Origin: Candidatus Wolfebacteria bacterium GW2011_GWE2_44_13
GTDB taxonomy: Bacteria; Patescibacteriota; Minisyncoccia; UBA6257; UBA9933
DNA length: 64,000 bases
Assembly: GCA_001000675.1 (NCBI GenBank)
Contig: LCHW01000001.1
Span: 360,875 to 424,874, forward strand
Direction: 5' to 3'
Shown: positions 47,051 to 57,679 of the stretch, piece after piece
Layout: each line of letters starts with the position of its first letter
Position numbering within the stretch: position 1 is the stretch's first letter
Position numbers and translations under genes: made by a program
Notes under the pieces: generated by a model
What the model was told of the DNA's origin: nothing
What the model saw: only the letters and a program-made list of their open reading frames with translations
Databases searched by the model: none

Positions 47051-48898
47051 ATGGGTATTTTTAATCTCAAATCAGAATATGAGCCATCGGGTGACCAACC
47101 CGAAGCAATTAAGCAATTAACAGACGGACTTGATCGAGGAGATCGGTTTCAAACGTTGCTTGGTGTTACTGGCTCGGGAAAGACTTTTACGATTGCTAAC
47201 GCAATACGGCATTTTGATAAGCCGGTTCTTGTGATTGCGCCCAACAAAGCATTAGCTGCACAGCTGTATCGCGAATATAAAAATTATTTCCCCGAACATT
47301 CGGTAAACTATTTTGTTTCTTATTACGACTACTATCAGCCCGAGGCATACATGCCAAGTAGCGATACGTATATTGAAAAAGAGGCGATGATCAATCAAGA
47401 AATCGATCGATTGCGTCACCAGGCGACATCTGCACTATTAACTAGAAAAGACGTTATTGTGGTTGCGTCTGTTTCGTGTATTTATGGACTTGGCGTACCG
47501 ACAAATTATTTTGCATCGGCGATTCATTTAGCGGTAGGGCAATCGATTACGCGAAGAGACCTTATTAGTCAATTAATAAAAATTCAATTCAATCGGACCT
47601 CTGGCGTATTAAAACGAGGCGAATTTCGTGTGCGAGGGGATGTGTTTGAGATCATGCCCGCATCTGCAACAATGAGCTATGCAATTGAGCTTGGGCCAGA
47701 TCAGATTATTTCCGATATCGCGATTGTTGACCCTGTTACGCGAACCATGATCGATCATCCGAAAGACGTGGCCTTGTTTCCTCCGAAGCATTTTATTTCG
47801 AGTGCGCCGGCCATTGAACGTGCGGTGAAAGATATCAAAATCGAACTTGATGACCGATTGGAATATTTTGAAAAGCATAAGCTGTATCTTGAGGCACAGC
47901 GACTAGAACGACGCGTGCGGTATGACATGGAAATGTTGAAGAGCCTTGGTTTTTGCCATGGTGTCGAAAACTACTCGCGCCACCTAAGCGGAAAGCTTGC
48001 AGGAGAAGCGCCTGATACGTTGCTCGACTATTTCCCGCGTGATAAAGATGGGAAGCCAGACTTTTTGCTTGTCATGGATGAATCGCATATTGGCGTGCCA
48101 CAGGTGCGTGGCATGTATGCGGGCGATCGGAGTCGCAAAGACACGCTTGTGAAATACGGCTGGCGATTGCCATCGGCGATGGATAATCGACCGCTCCAAT
48201 TTAGTGAATTTGAACAACGTATTGGTCAGACATTATTTGTTTCTGCTACGCCAGGGGCGTGGGAGATTGAACATTCGACAACTGTTGCAGAACAGGTTAT
48301 TCGACCTACCGGGTTAATAGATCCGCCGATCGAAGTACGCCCTGTATTTAATAAGGAAACAAACCGAAGTCAAATTATTGATGTTATTGAGGAGCTACGT
48401 TTAATCGTGAAGAAAAAAGAGCGTGCGTTAGTCATTACGCTTACGAAGAAGCAAGCAGAAGATTTGCACGATCATTTTACGCAAGAAGGATTTAAGTCTC
48501 GCTATATTCACTCTGAGGTTAAGACGTTGGAACGAACGGAGATATTGATGAATTTTCGAAAAGGTGAGTTCGATGTATTGATTGGTGTTAACCTATTGCG
48601 TGAAGGTTTGGACTTACCGGAAGTTACTTTGGTTGCAATTTTAGATGCCGATCGAGAAGGATTTTTGCGTAGCGAAACCTCGCTTATTCAGACCATGGGA
48701 CGCGCTGCGCGCAACGTGAGCGGAACGGTTATTCTGTATGCGGATAAGATAACGGGCTCAATGGATCGAGCAATGAAGATTGTCGAGAAGCGCAGGAAGC
48801 TGCAGGCGGCGTATAACAAGAAACATGGCATTACGCCAAAGACCATTATTAAAACGATTGAACGGATGTTGGATTTTAGTGGGGCGGCTGAGGAATAA
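47051..48898 (+). CDS. uvrB: Excinuclease ABC subunit B (short, 615 aa).
   Basis: LLGVTGSGKTFTIAN and the helicase motifs. Confidence 0.9.
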   Translation: MGIFNLKSEYEPSGDQPEAIKQLTDGLDRGDRFQTLLGVTGSGKTFTIANAIRHFDKPVLVIAPNKALAAQLYREYKNYFPEHSVNYFVSYYDYYQPEAYMPSSDTYIEKEAMINQEIDRLRHQATSALLTRKDVIVVASVSCIYGLGVPTNYFASAIHLAVGQSITRRDLISQLIKIQFNRTSGVLKRGEFRVRGDVFEIMPASATMSYAIELGPDQIISDIAIVDPVTRTMIDHPKDVALFPPKHFISSAPAIERAVKDIKIELDDRLEYFEKHKLYLEAQRLERRVRYDMEMLKSLGFCHGVENYSRHLSGKLAGEAPDTLLDYFPRDKDGKPDFLLVMDESHIGVPQVRGMYAGDRSRKDTLVKYGWRLPSAMDNRPLQFSEFEQRIGQTLFVSATPGAWEIEHSTTVAEQVIRPTGLIDPPIEVRPVFNKETNRSQIIDVIEELRLIVKKKERALVITLTKKQAEDLHDHFTQEGFKSRYIHSEVKTLERTEILMNFRKGEFDVLIGVNLLREGLDLPEVTLVAILDADREGFLRSETSLIQTMGRAARNVSGTVILYADKITGSMDRAMKIVEKRRKLQAAYNKKHGITPKTIIKTIERMLDFSGAAEE

Positions 48899-48986
48899 TT
48901 TCTTTTGTCATTCCCGCCCTTCGGCAGGCTCAGGGTAAAACTCTGGCGGGGATCTATCCTATTTTAAAAAGCGTCTTTTCTTTCCA

Positions 48987-49008
48987 CTTTTTTTATAAAA
49001 AGTGGAGT
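48987..49008. repeat. A/T palindrome preceding copy 3 of the dispersed repeat.
   Basis: ccactttttttataaaaagtgg. Confidence 0.35.
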
Positions 49009-49045
49009 AAAAAATCGCGAGCTAATAAAAATAGCGGAATGTTCT

Positions 49046-49196
49046 CAGAAATTGCTTACGAACTCGAGAACTCGCCGTTGGTACGGCTCAGACAGCTCGA
49101 TTTCTGTGGCAATTTTTCCTCGACCATTTCATCCGCTATTTTCACAGGCTCGCACATAAGACTCAGCGCCCTTAATCCGAAATATTTCCATGTTCG
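49046..49196 (+). repeat. Dispersed structured intergenic repeat, copy 3 (diverged).
   Basis: The 3' end agcgcccttaatccgaaatatttccatgttcg closely matches copies 1 and 2; upstream similarity is patchy (ctcgagaactcgcc, ctcagacagctcgatttct, atttttcc). Confidence 0.45.
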
Positions 49197-49243
49197 TAAA
49201 TAAGGGAACATAGCGGATATATAAAAAATAAAAAGCCGGGAAA

Positions 49244-49268
49244 ATCCCGGCTTTGGTAAAACATTCGC
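49244..49268. terminator. Palindromic intrinsic terminator; the T-run is stronger on the - strand.
   Basis: aaaaagccggg-aaaat-cccggcttt, with tttttatttttt on the reverse complement. Confidence 0.5.
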
Positions 49269-49269
49269 T

Positions 49270-49600
49270 CGCCCCGAGCCCCTTTGATAATCCCGGCACC
49301 TGACGCAACCTGCGCGGTTTCCTCCGGTTATTTCTCCCAAGTAAGGGGTGGTATCTCATACATGGCTCCGCCTTAACCGGAGTTAAGGGTTCACAGCCTC
49401 CCACCTAGCCTGCGCGGTACTTTTGTCTCGGGGGCAAAACAGGGTGGAGTTGAACCACCAAGCGGTGGACTCATGCATTCCCAAGGGCGCCTGCAGTATC
49501 AGGCGATGTCGGGGTCGGCATTACTGCGAATCCGGTGCTGTCCAGTTCAGTCCCAGGGCGAGCGAAACTGATATCAATGTAACTGCAGGTATCGTATACT
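49270..49600. ncRNA. Candidate structured ncRNA (about 330 nt, GC-rich, ORF-free). Could be RNase P RNA or another housekeeping RNA; class and strand unresolved.
   Basis: No ORF of 60 aa or longer on either strand. GC is well above the surrounding sequence. Long-range pairing between ttcgctcgcccc (49263-49274) and gggcgagcgaa (49557-49567). Multiple internal hairpins (ccacc-aagc-ggtgg, ctccggttaaggcggag). There is weak resemblance to RNase P CR motifs. Confidence 0.35.
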
Positions 49601-49664
49601 GGGTACATGTAATAGTCAATACATTGACAAGGTCGTGGTTTACTGGCATAAGTAAGTACTATAT

Positions 49665-52169
49665 ATGGAAGACAAGATAAAGATTAAGGGCGCTCGCGTC
49701 CACAATTTAAAAAATATTTCATTGGAACTACCAAAGAATAAATTGGTGGTTTTTACGGGTGTTTCGGGAAGTGGAAAATCATCCCTTGCGTTTGATACTA
49801 TTTTTGCCGAGGGACAGCGACGGTACATTGAGTCTCTTTCTCCATACGCACGGCAATTTCTTGGGCAGATGGAACGTGCTGATGTTGATGAGATTGTGGG
49901 CTTATCTCCGGCTATCGCAATCGACCAACGTGCGCTTTCGCATAACCCGCGCTCAACTGTTGGAACGCTGACGGAAATTTATGATTATTTTCGTATTCTT
50001 TATGCGCGCCTCGGGGATGTGCATTGTCCGCATGACGGCACTAAAATTGAGAAACTCTCTGTTGATGAAATGATCGACATCATTGCGACACGTGCAAAGA
50101 AGGCAAAGCAAAGCGTTGTCACGGTTATGTCTCCCGTAGTGCGCGGACGGAAAGGGGAGTTCTATCAGCAGTTGTATGATTTTCTTGCGCTTGGGTTTTC
50201 TCAGGTGCGTGTTGATGGCGTTATGCACTCGCTTCATGACAAAATAGAGCTTTCGCGCTACAAAGAGCATTCTATTGATTTAGTAATCGACAAGGTGCTG
50301 CTTACAGATACTGCACGTTTACACGAAGCAGTTGAAGGAGCGCTTGATCACAGTAAGGGGCTCGCGACTATTTTAATGGGAGAGCAAAGCGAATCTCCTG
50401 AAGAGTTCATGCTTTCTTCGAAGTGGACCTGTCCGCTCGATAACTTTGTGTTTCCGGATATTGAACCTCGATTGTTTTCGTTTAATAGTCCGCATGGTGC
50501 TTGTGATACGTGTTCAGGATTAGGGAAGACCGACTTGTTTTTGAAGACTATTTGTCCGGATTGTAAGGGGAAGCGGTTGCGTTCGGAATCGTTATCCATT
50601 CGAATAAATGGGAAAAATATTTATGAGGTTGCTTCTATGACCAATGCGGAAGCGCATGCATTTTTTGAGGCGTACGAGAAAAAAATGACCGAACGAGAAA
50701 AGACCATCGCAGCTAATGTAGTTAAGGAAATCAAAGACCGATTGCATTTTTTGCTTGAAGTGGGGCTTGATTATTTAACTATGACTCGCGAAGCAGAAAC
50801 GTTGTCTGGTGGAGAAGCACAGCGTATTCGACTTTCTTCACAAATTGGATCACAACTTTCCAATACATTGTATGTGCTCGATGAGCCAACAATTGGTTTA
50901 CATGAGCGCGATACCGATCGTCTGGTGGGCATTCTTAAGGTGCTTAAAGAACAGAACAACACTGTTATTATTGTAGAACACGATGAAATGACTATTTTGG
51001 AGTCTGACTTTTTAGTTGACTTTGGTCCGTTTGCTGGAAAACATGGCGGAGAAATTGTTGCCGTTGGTGAAACAGCGAAGCTGCTAAAGAATCCAGGAGA
51101 GATGAATTCAATGACCATACAGTATCTTCGTGATGAACGAAAAATCGTTGTTCCAGAGCGTAGGACAAAGGTGCAAGAAAAACTTTCCATTGTCGGTGCT
51201 ACTGCACACAATTTAAAAAACGTGAATGTCGATATTCCATTGCGTAAGCTTGTATGCGTTACGGGTGTTTCGGGGAGCGGTAAATCTACGCTTATTCAAG
51301 ATGCGCTGTATGAAAATCTAAATTCGCTAAAGGCTCGTATGAACGAACCCCTTATTGGTGTTGCGGATATTACTGGGTCGGAATATATTGATCGTGTTGT
51401 TGCGGTAAACCAGGCACCGATTGGACGAACTCCTCGATCTAATCCAGCTACTTATACCGGCATCTTGACCCCCATCCGTGAATTCTACGCGCAATTACCA
51501 GAAGCGCGAGAACGTGCCTATACGGCATCGCGTTTCTCATTCAACGTTGCAGGAGGACGATGTGAATCATGTCAGGGAGCAGGGCATAACTTAATCGAAA
51601 TGCATTTCTTGCCGCCAGTACTTGTGCAGTGTGAAGTGTGTCATGGAAAGCGATATAATCGTGAGACATTACAGGTAAAACATAAGAAGAAAAGTATTAG
51701 CGATGTGCTTGCTATGACTATTGACGAGGGTGCCGAATTTTTTGACGGCATTTATCAGATTACTGATAAGCTAAAAGTATTGCAGTCGGTTGGACTTGGC
51801 TATTTGCAACTTGGACAAAGCGCAACAACACTTTCTGGCGGAGAAGCGCAGCGTATTAAGCTTGCACGTGAATTAACGCATCCGCTCGGAAAGCGTGTGT
51901 TGTATCTTTTGGATGAGCCTACGGTTGGATTGCATTATTACGATATTGAATTGTTACTAACGGTATTAAATAAGCTTGTAGATAAGGGGCATTCCGTGGT
52001 TGTTATTGAGCATAATATGCACGTTATTAAGTCGGCCGATTATGTTATTGATCTTGGCCCAGAAGGCGGTGCACGTGGCGGGGCAATTGTTGCAAAGGGC
52101 ACACCCGAAGAAGTTGCGGCAAATAAACATAGCATTACGGGGAGCTACCTGAAACATTTTTTGAAATAG
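49665..52169 (+). CDS. uvrA: Excinuclease ABC subunit A (short, 834 aa).
   Basis: Two ABC modules ([14 protein letters not shown] and [11 protein letters not shown]), LSGGEAQRI signatures and Zn-finger Cys clusters. Confidence 0.9.
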   Translation: MEDKIKIKGARVHNLKNISLELPKNKLVVFTGVSGSGKSSLAFDTIFAEGQRRYIESLSPYARQFLGQMERADVDEIVGLSPAIAIDQRALSHNPRSTVGTLTEIYDYFRILYARLGDVHCPHDGTKIEKLSVDEMIDIIATRAKKAKQSVVTVMSPVVRGRKGEFYQQLYDFLALGFSQVRVDGVMHSLHDKIELSRYKEHSIDLVIDKVLLTDTARLHEAVEGALDHSKGLATILMGEQSESPEEFMLSSKWTCPLDNFVFPDIEPRLFSFNSPHGACDTCSGLGKTDLFLKTICPDCKGKRLRSESLSIRINGKNIYEVASMTNAEAHAFFEAYEKKMTEREKTIAANVVKEIKDRLHFLLEVGLDYLTMTREAETLSGGEAQRIRLSSQIGSQLSNTLYVLDEPTIGLHERDTDRLVGILKVLKEQNNTVIIVEHDEMTILESDFLVDFGPFAGKHGGEIVAVGETAKLLKNPGEMNSMTIQYLRDERKIVVPERRTKVQEKLSIVGATAHNLKNVNVDIPLRKLVCVTGVSGSGKSTLIQDALYENLNSLKARMNEPLIGVADITGSEYIDRVVAVNQAPIGRTPRSNPATYTGILTPIREFYAQLPEARERAYTASRFSFNVAGGRCESCQGAGHNLIEMHFLPPVLVQCEVCHGKRYNRETLQVKHKKKSISDVLAMTIDEGAEFFDGIYQITDKLKVLQSVGLGYLQLGQSATTLSGGEAQRIKLARELTHPLGKRVLYLLDEPTVGLHYYDIELLLTVLNKLVDKGHSVVVIEHNMHVIKSADYVIDLGPEGGARGGAIVAKGTPEEVAANKHSITGSYLKHFLK

Positions 52170-52202
52170 CGAGTACAGAGGATTGTATGGTATGATAACC
52201 GA

Positions 52203-53417
52203 ATGATTGGAGCATTTAAACAACGTTATTTTGAGGGCAACTTAGCCCAAGGGTTCTTTGCCCTATATACTGGGAAAACGATTTCCAATGTAGCTATTAA
52301 TTTATTTGGCATGTTTTTGCCGATATTTTTATACCGGCTTTTTGATGGTAACTTTACGTTTGTTGCTTTGTATTTTCTCGCGGGGTATTTAATTAATGGC
52401 TTGTCTATTCCGCTTGGAGCCTTCTTTTTGAATCGATATGGGTTTAACCATTCATTGCGATTAAGCACATTTTTTGCTGCAAGTACGTTCGTGATTCTTT
52501 ATTTTATAACGCCGAGCAATATGCTGTATCTGCTTCCGCTCCAGATTGCAGCAACAACAATTTATCGATTACTATTTTGGCTGCCGTATCACGTTGATTT
52601 CGCTACATTTTCTGATGCAACTAAGCGTGGTTCTGAGATTGGTATGTTCGAGGCAACACTCAATGTTATCGGTGTTGTAACCCCTGTGCTTGCCGGGTTT
52701 ATCATTACGCAGTATGGGTTTGGTATTTTGTTTATTATTGCGACGATTATTTTTTTGCTATCGCTTATCCCATACCATTTTATTCCTGAAATAAACGAGC
52801 GTTTTACGTGGACCTATTGGCATACAATCAAGCAGTTAGTGGTAAAAAAGAACAGACGATCAACATTCGCATTTATGGCTGATGGGGCAGAGGAGGTTGT
52901 CGGATTTATTGTGTGGCCAATTGTTATTTATCAACTACTACAAGGGGATATTTTAAAAGTTGGTGTAATATCCACACTTATTGTTGCTGCGACCGTGCTT
53001 GCTGAGCTTGTTGTTGGGAAGTATTCAGATGATAAGAAGATGGAAAAGCAGTTGTTGAAATACGGGAGTATCCTTGCCGCTATTGGGTGGATTTTGAAAA
53101 TATTTATTGTTACGGCGCTGCAAATTTTTGTTGTAGACGCATATCATAAATTAACTAAAATTATGATGAAGATTCCGTTTGTTGCTATGACCTATGAGCG
53201 GGTTGCAGATCGAGGACACTACATCGATGAATATACCGTGCTCTACGAGATGGCTATTAATATGGGACGCGTTATTATGATAGCGGTTATTATTGCTATG
53301 GCGTTTGTTATGCCATTGCAGTGGACGTTTATCTTCGGCGCAATCGCCTCCATTTTCTTAAACGTATTGCGCGTACGACATCACCCACAAGCGCTACGTC
53401 CTGTCGTTACTGCATAA
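52203..53417 (+). CDS. 12-TM transporter, probably major facilitator superfamily.
   Basis: 404 aa in a 6+6 TM arrangement with a central loop. Confidence 0.4.
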   Translation: MIGAFKQRYFEGNLAQGFFALYTGKTISNVAINLFGMFLPIFLYRLFDGNFTFVALYFLAGYLINGLSIPLGAFFLNRYGFNHSLRLSTFFAASTFVILYFITPSNMLYLLPLQIAATTIYRLLFWLPYHVDFATFSDATKRGSEIGMFEATLNVIGVVTPVLAGFIITQYGFGILFIIATIIFLLSLIPYHFIPEINERFTWTYWHTIKQLVVKKNRRSTFAFMADGAEEVVGFIVWPIVIYQLLQGDILKVGVISTLIVAATVLAELVVGKYSDDKKMEKQLLKYGSILAAIGWILKIFIVTALQIFVVDAYHKLTKIMMKIPFVAMTYERVADRGHYIDEYTVLYEMAINMGRVIMIAVIIAMAFVMPLQWTFIFGAIASIFLNVLRVRHHPQALRPVVTA

Positions 53418-53515
53418 TATTTCCGTCTTGCGATGGCGCAAATATTGGATTTTGGATATAGGTAAAAAACAGCCAGACGCGGGGTCTGGCTGTGAAGGAT
53501 GTTCTGGTGGGGTGC

Positions 53516-53878
53516 CTAACTTCCTCTGCGACAACCACAAGCCCCGGCCATATTCATTGAAAACTCGGAACATACCTTGGGGACGATACCTGTTGCAGGA
53601 GTTGTTGTTATATATGTAGCAACCACTTCTTCCACAGAGGCTAGGCGCTCTCTATGCTTTCCCAACTCATCCGTATCCCAGAAGACGAGTCCTTTTTGCG
53701 GGCTAATTTTATAGCTGGTATAGCTATAAGAGCGTCCTGGTTGTGGGAGGAGAGTAATAGTGACGAAGCTGCGAATACTCTCTAGCCCGCGCTGGATTAC
53801 CCTGTAACGTTCACTTTGCAAAAATTCTTTTAGCTGTCGTAGCTCAGATTCGTAACTTATCTCTTCCATAACGCACAT
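53516..53878 (-). CDS. Hypothetical protein.
   Basis: 120-aa ORF between the transporter and uvrC; no motif recognised, and the C-terminal extent is doubtful. Confidence 0.3.
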   Translation of the reverse strand: MCVMEEISYESELRQLKEFLQSERYRVIQRGLESIRSFVTITLLPQPGRSYSYTSYKISPQKGLVFWDTDELGKHRERLASVEEVVATYITTTPATGIVPKVCSEFSMNMAGACGCRRGS

Positions 53879-53932
53879 CCCTTTCGAAGTATTGATTTGG
53901 AACTAAATATATAATATACTGTTTCTATAAAT

Positions 53933-55144
53933 ATGTCAACGTTATCTGATCGTGTAAAGTTGTTTCCGGATAGTCCGGGGGTGTACCGATTCCTCGATGC
54001 TAATGGGGCTATTTTGTATATCGGGCGGGCAACGTCATTGCGCAAGCGGGTGAGTCAATATTTTACAAAGCGCATTGATGAGCGCATCGCCGAAATGGTT
54101 TCATTGGCGCGCGAGGTGCGGTATGAACAAACCGATACAGTGCTCGAAGCTATTATTCTTGAGGCAAATTGTATTAAAAAGCATTGGCCTAAATACAATG
54201 TAAAAGATAAGGACAATCGTTCGTTCTTATATATTGTTATTCCAAAAACTGATTATCCGAAACCGCTCATTGTGCGACATCGAGAATTGGAAAAATTTTC
54301 TGCAGTAAAGGCACACATTTTTGGACCCTATCAAAGTGCTACGTTGATAAAAAATGCGCTAAAAATTATTCGGCGTGTTTTTCCGTATGGAACGTGTGTG
54401 CCTAATTCTGGCCCCGTAAAGTCGCCGGCTGGCGACCACGTGGCAAGCAAACCCTGTTTTGATTATCAGATAGGGTTATGTCCTGGTGTTTGCGTTGGGG
54501 CGATCTCAAAGAAGGATTATCAAAAAAATATTAGTAATATTGTTTTGCTCTTATCGGGGAAGCGAGAACTTCTTTTAAAACGTCTTGCAAAAACGTTTCC
54601 AGAAAAAGCTGCAAGCTTGAAACATATCCAAGATGTGTCATTGATCACGCGCGATGAATTAACACAAGAACAAACAGAAGCACATCGTATTGAAGGGTAT
54701 GACATCTCCCATCTTACGGGTAAAGAAACGTATGGATCTATGGTTGTATTTACCGATGGAGAACCTGATAAAGAACAGTACCGCTCCTTTAGCATTAACA
54801 ATGCTGCGGCAAGCGATGATTTGCACGCGCTGGAGGAAATGGTTATTCGTCGATTCCGGCACACCGAATGGGATATGCCCGATTTAGTTATGATTGATGG
54901 AGGGAAGCCGCAGGTAGATCACATTGCGGGCGTATTTAGGCGACATAATATTGTCATTCCAATCGTGGGTATTTCAAAGTATGCAGGAGATTCGCTTGTA
55001 TTTCCTTTGGGCATAAAAGCATCGATGCGAGATCTTGCTCGCAGTGTAAAGCCAATATTATTGCGTGTTCGCGATGAAGCGCATCGTTTTGCATTACGCG
55101 CAAGCCGTCGCAAGCGAGATAGTCGCATTCCTAAGCTGCGATAA
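53933..55144 (+). CDS. uvrC: Excinuclease ABC subunit C, truncated form (GIY-YIG plus endonuclease V-like domain, no C-terminal HhH).
   Basis: GIY-YIG motif GVYRFLDANGAILYIGRA...LRKRV, and the RNase H-like domain EGYDISHLTG. Confidence 0.75.
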   Translation: MSTLSDRVKLFPDSPGVYRFLDANGAILYIGRATSLRKRVSQYFTKRIDERIAEMVSLAREVRYEQTDTVLEAIILEANCIKKHWPKYNVKDKDNRSFLYIVIPKTDYPKPLIVRHRELEKFSAVKAHIFGPYQSATLIKNALKIIRRVFPYGTCVPNSGPVKSPAGDHVASKPCFDYQIGLCPGVCVGAISKKDYQKNISNIVLLLSGKRELLLKRLAKTFPEKAASLKHIQDVSLITRDELTQEQTEAHRIEGYDISHLTGKETYGSMVVFTDGEPDKEQYRSFSINNAAASDDLHALEEMVIRRFRHTEWDMPDLVMIDGGKPQVDHIAGVFRRHNIVIPIVGISKYAGDSLVFPLGIKASMRDLARSVKPILLRVRDEAHRFALRASRRKRDSRIPKLR

Positions 55145-55642
55145 ATGCGGAGCATAATTCACGGAGGATGTGATATACTAAATAGTATGCATACACACAT
55201 GAACTATTCGCGCATTACGGACCAAATTTATATTGGTACGAATTTTTGTTGTGGTACTCATTTTGACCCCGAGCTATTAAAGCAGGGCGTTGTGTACGAT
55301 CTTAGTCTTGAAGAGGGGCGTGTTGACTCGCCGGTGGGCGCAGCCGCATATTTATGGCTTCCTATAGAAGACATGCATGCTCCAACGGAGCAGCAATTTT
55401 TTATGGGTATTTCTTTTATTGATACTGCGATAAAATCTGGACGCAAAGTGTATGTGCATTGCAAAAATGGACATGGCCGAGCGCCCACAATGGTGGCTGG
55501 ATATTTTATTGCGAATGGATCAACGACCGACGAAGCTATTGCGCTTATTGCGCGAAAGCGTCCTGAGATTCATTTGCAATCTATACAAATCGACGCATTG
55601 CGTCGTTTTGAGCAAGCCTATCGCGAGCAAAAGAGAGCCTAA
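55145..55642 (+). CDS. Dual-specificity protein phosphatase.
   Basis: CX5R active site VHCKNGHGRA. Confidence 0.65.
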   Translation: MRSIIHGGCDILNSMHTHMNYSRITDQIYIGTNFCCGTHFDPELLKQGVVYDLSLEEGRVDSPVGAAAYLWLPIEDMHAPTEQQFFMGISFIDTAIKSGRKVYVHCKNGHGRAPTMVAGYFIANGSTTDEAIALIARKRPEIHLQSIQIDALRRFEQAYREQKRA

Positions 55643-55727
55643 GAGAAGAGGCTATATAAAGCCCTATTATCAAAACGCTAATACCTTGCTACAATAGGAA
55701 CAGCCTATATTAATTACTATAAACATT

Positions 55728-56285
55728 ATGCTTACAACAACAAACATTATTCTTCTTGTCGTCGGATTGCTAATCGTGTGGATCGTCCTTGCGTTTAACG
55801 GACTTGTGCGCCTACGCTTCCGCGTGCGAGAAGCGTGGTCTGATATCGAAGTGCAGTTAAAGCGTCGCTACGATCTTATCCCTAATCTTATCGAAACCGT
55901 AAAGGGATACATGACGCATGAGAAAGATGTGTTCGAGAAAGTAACACAGGCTCGAGCGCAATCGTTGTCTGCAAAAGGGCATACTGAAAAGGGGGCTGCA
56001 GAAAGTGAACTTTCTGGCACGCTTAAGACATTGTTTGCAGTCTCTGAAAATTATCCTGATCTAAAGGCAAATGCTAATTTTATGGAATTGCAGCGCGAAC
56101 TATCGGATACGGAAAATAAGATCCAGGCTGCTCGAAGATTCTATAATGGAAATGTTATGGAATATAATACAAAGATTCATGTATTCCCAACTAATGTTAT
56201 CGCAAAGCTTTTTGGATTCTTGATCGAAGAATTTTTCCAGCTTGATAATGATGCAGCAAAAGAACCAGTTGCAGTAAAATTCTAA
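55728..56285 (+). CDS. LemA family protein.
   Basis: N-terminal TM segment plus LemA-like helical core (LVRLRFRVREAWSDIEVQLKRRYDLIPNL). Confidence 0.7.
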   Translation: MLTTTNIILLVVGLLIVWIVLAFNGLVRLRFRVREAWSDIEVQLKRRYDLIPNLIETVKGYMTHEKDVFEKVTQARAQSLSAKGHTEKGAAESELSGTLKTLFAVSENYPDLKANANFMELQRELSDTENKIQAARRFYNGNVMEYNTKIHVFPTNVIAKLFGFLIEEFFQLDNDAAKEPVAVKF

Positions 56286-56291
56286 ACACCT

Positions 56292-56369
56292 ATGAAAAAA
56301 ACATTTACAAAAGCAGTTATTGTTATTGTAGGCATTATTACCGTTATTGGTATGACTGGTATGTTCTAA
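56292..56369 (+). CDS. Possible 25-aa hydrophobic micropeptide.
   Basis: MKKTFTKAVIVIVGIITVIGMTGMF; weak RBS; speculative. Confidence 0.2.
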   Translation: MKKTFTKAVIVIVGIITVIGMTGMF

Positions 56370-56390
56370 TAGTACATACGGCCTTGTTTT

Positions 56391-57059
56391 ATGGAACTGC
56401 TTCATCTCACAACTTCAGATAATATAAAACTTGCGGGGAATTATTTCCCCGTGAGTCCTTCTAAACAACTTAGTCGAAATGGCTGGGTTGTTTTCTTGCA
56501 CATGATGCCCGCTACAAAGGAATCGTGGACGATATTAGCAAGTCAGCTGCAACAAGAAGGGTATGCGGGGCTTGCAATTGATTTGCGCGGGCACGGAATT
56601 TCAGATGGAGGGCCAAAAGGATACACTCAGTTTTCTGATGCAGAACATCAGGATAGTGTTCGTGACGTAGATGCCGCCATCGATTTTCTTACGGGACTTG
56701 GAGCGCGTCCTGAACAGATTATATTTATCGGGGCGTCTATTGGCGCTAACTTGGCACTGCAATACGTCTATCAGCACCGTGCGTTTAAAAAAGCAATATT
56801 GCTTTCTCCTGGATTTAATTATCACGGCATCGCAGTGCAACCCATTGTTTCGCAGATGCCGAGCGATAAGCAACTATTTTATATTGCATCGGAAGATGAC
56901 GTAGATACTACTAATAGTGCAGAGGTCGAGTCTTTGTACGCACTAACTTCGTGCGCAATAAAACAAAAAGAAATAGTTGCAGATGGTGGGCATGGTTCTG
57001 CGATTCTCACACACCACCCAGAGCTTATCGACGAAATCATAACATTTATAAAACAATGA
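56391..57059 (+). CDS. Alpha/beta-fold hydrolase (DLH/BAAT-like).
   Basis: HGISDGG, the nucleophile elbow GASIGAN, and a C-terminal DGGHG. Confidence 0.5.
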   Translation: MELLHLTTSDNIKLAGNYFPVSPSKQLSRNGWVVFLHMMPATKESWTILASQLQQEGYAGLAIDLRGHGISDGGPKGYTQFSDAEHQDSVRDVDAAIDFLTGLGARPEQIIFIGASIGANLALQYVYQHRAFKKAILLSPGFNYHGIAVQPIVSQMPSDKQLFYIASEDDVDTTNSAEVESLYALTSCAIKQKEIVADGGHGSAILTHHPELIDEIITFIKQ

Positions 57060-57676
57060 TAAAAAAAGATTATATACTCATCTCTATTATAGGCTTCCTC
57101 TTCGGAATACTATTATATCCAATACTTAAAAATATACAGCTTCCTTTTTTGCAACTCAATGCATTCACGATGACGCTGATCGTACTATTTTTTGTGGTAT
57201 TTTCTAATATCGCACTCGCGATTGCTTTCTTGATTGGCAAGAAGATTCCTTTTGTAATTCAGTTCAGTAAGTTTGCTGCTGTTGGGGCAGTTAATTCTGT
57301 GTTGGATTGGGGTATCCTTAATGTGTTGATTACCTTATCTGGCGTGGCTGCTGGACCGCTGTATGCGCTTTTTAAAGCAGCATCATTTATTATCGCTAAT
57401 ATCAATAGTTATTTTTGGAATAAGCTTTGGGTTTTCCCGGGTAAGGCAAAAATGACTTTCCATGAAGTTATGCAGTTCTTTGTAGTAAGTGCTGTCGGCT
57501 TGGTATTGAATGTCGCTACTGCCGCGCTCGTGGTTAATGGGATTGCAGAACGAGTTGACGGGTTTTCACCTAAGCAATGGGCAAATATCGGAGCTGCTTC
57601 AGCTACAATAATTTCATTGGCTTGGAATTTTGTCGGGTACAAGTTTATCGTGTTCAAAGAAAAAACCATCAGCTGA
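57057..57676 (+). CDS. GtrA-family membrane protein.
   Basis: FSKFAAVGAVNSVLDWGILNVLI matches the GtrA motif. The start was chosen at MIKKDYIL, overlapping the upstream stop codon. Confidence 0.5.
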
Positions 57677-57679
57677 TGG

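Noticed and set aside
48905-48952. Hairpin tcattcccgcc...ggcggggatc after uvrB, considered as a separate element.
   Set aside because: It is most simply the uvrB terminator or an attenuator-like hairpin, with a long loop and no repeat copies elsewhere in the window.
49270-49600. tmRNA assignment for the structured region.
   Set aside because: The T-arm-like hairpin (reverse complement of 49444-49460) is internal and is not followed by an acceptor 3' strand and CCA. No tag-peptide reading frame ending in an ALAA-like sequence was found. It is kept only as an unclassified ncRNA candidate.
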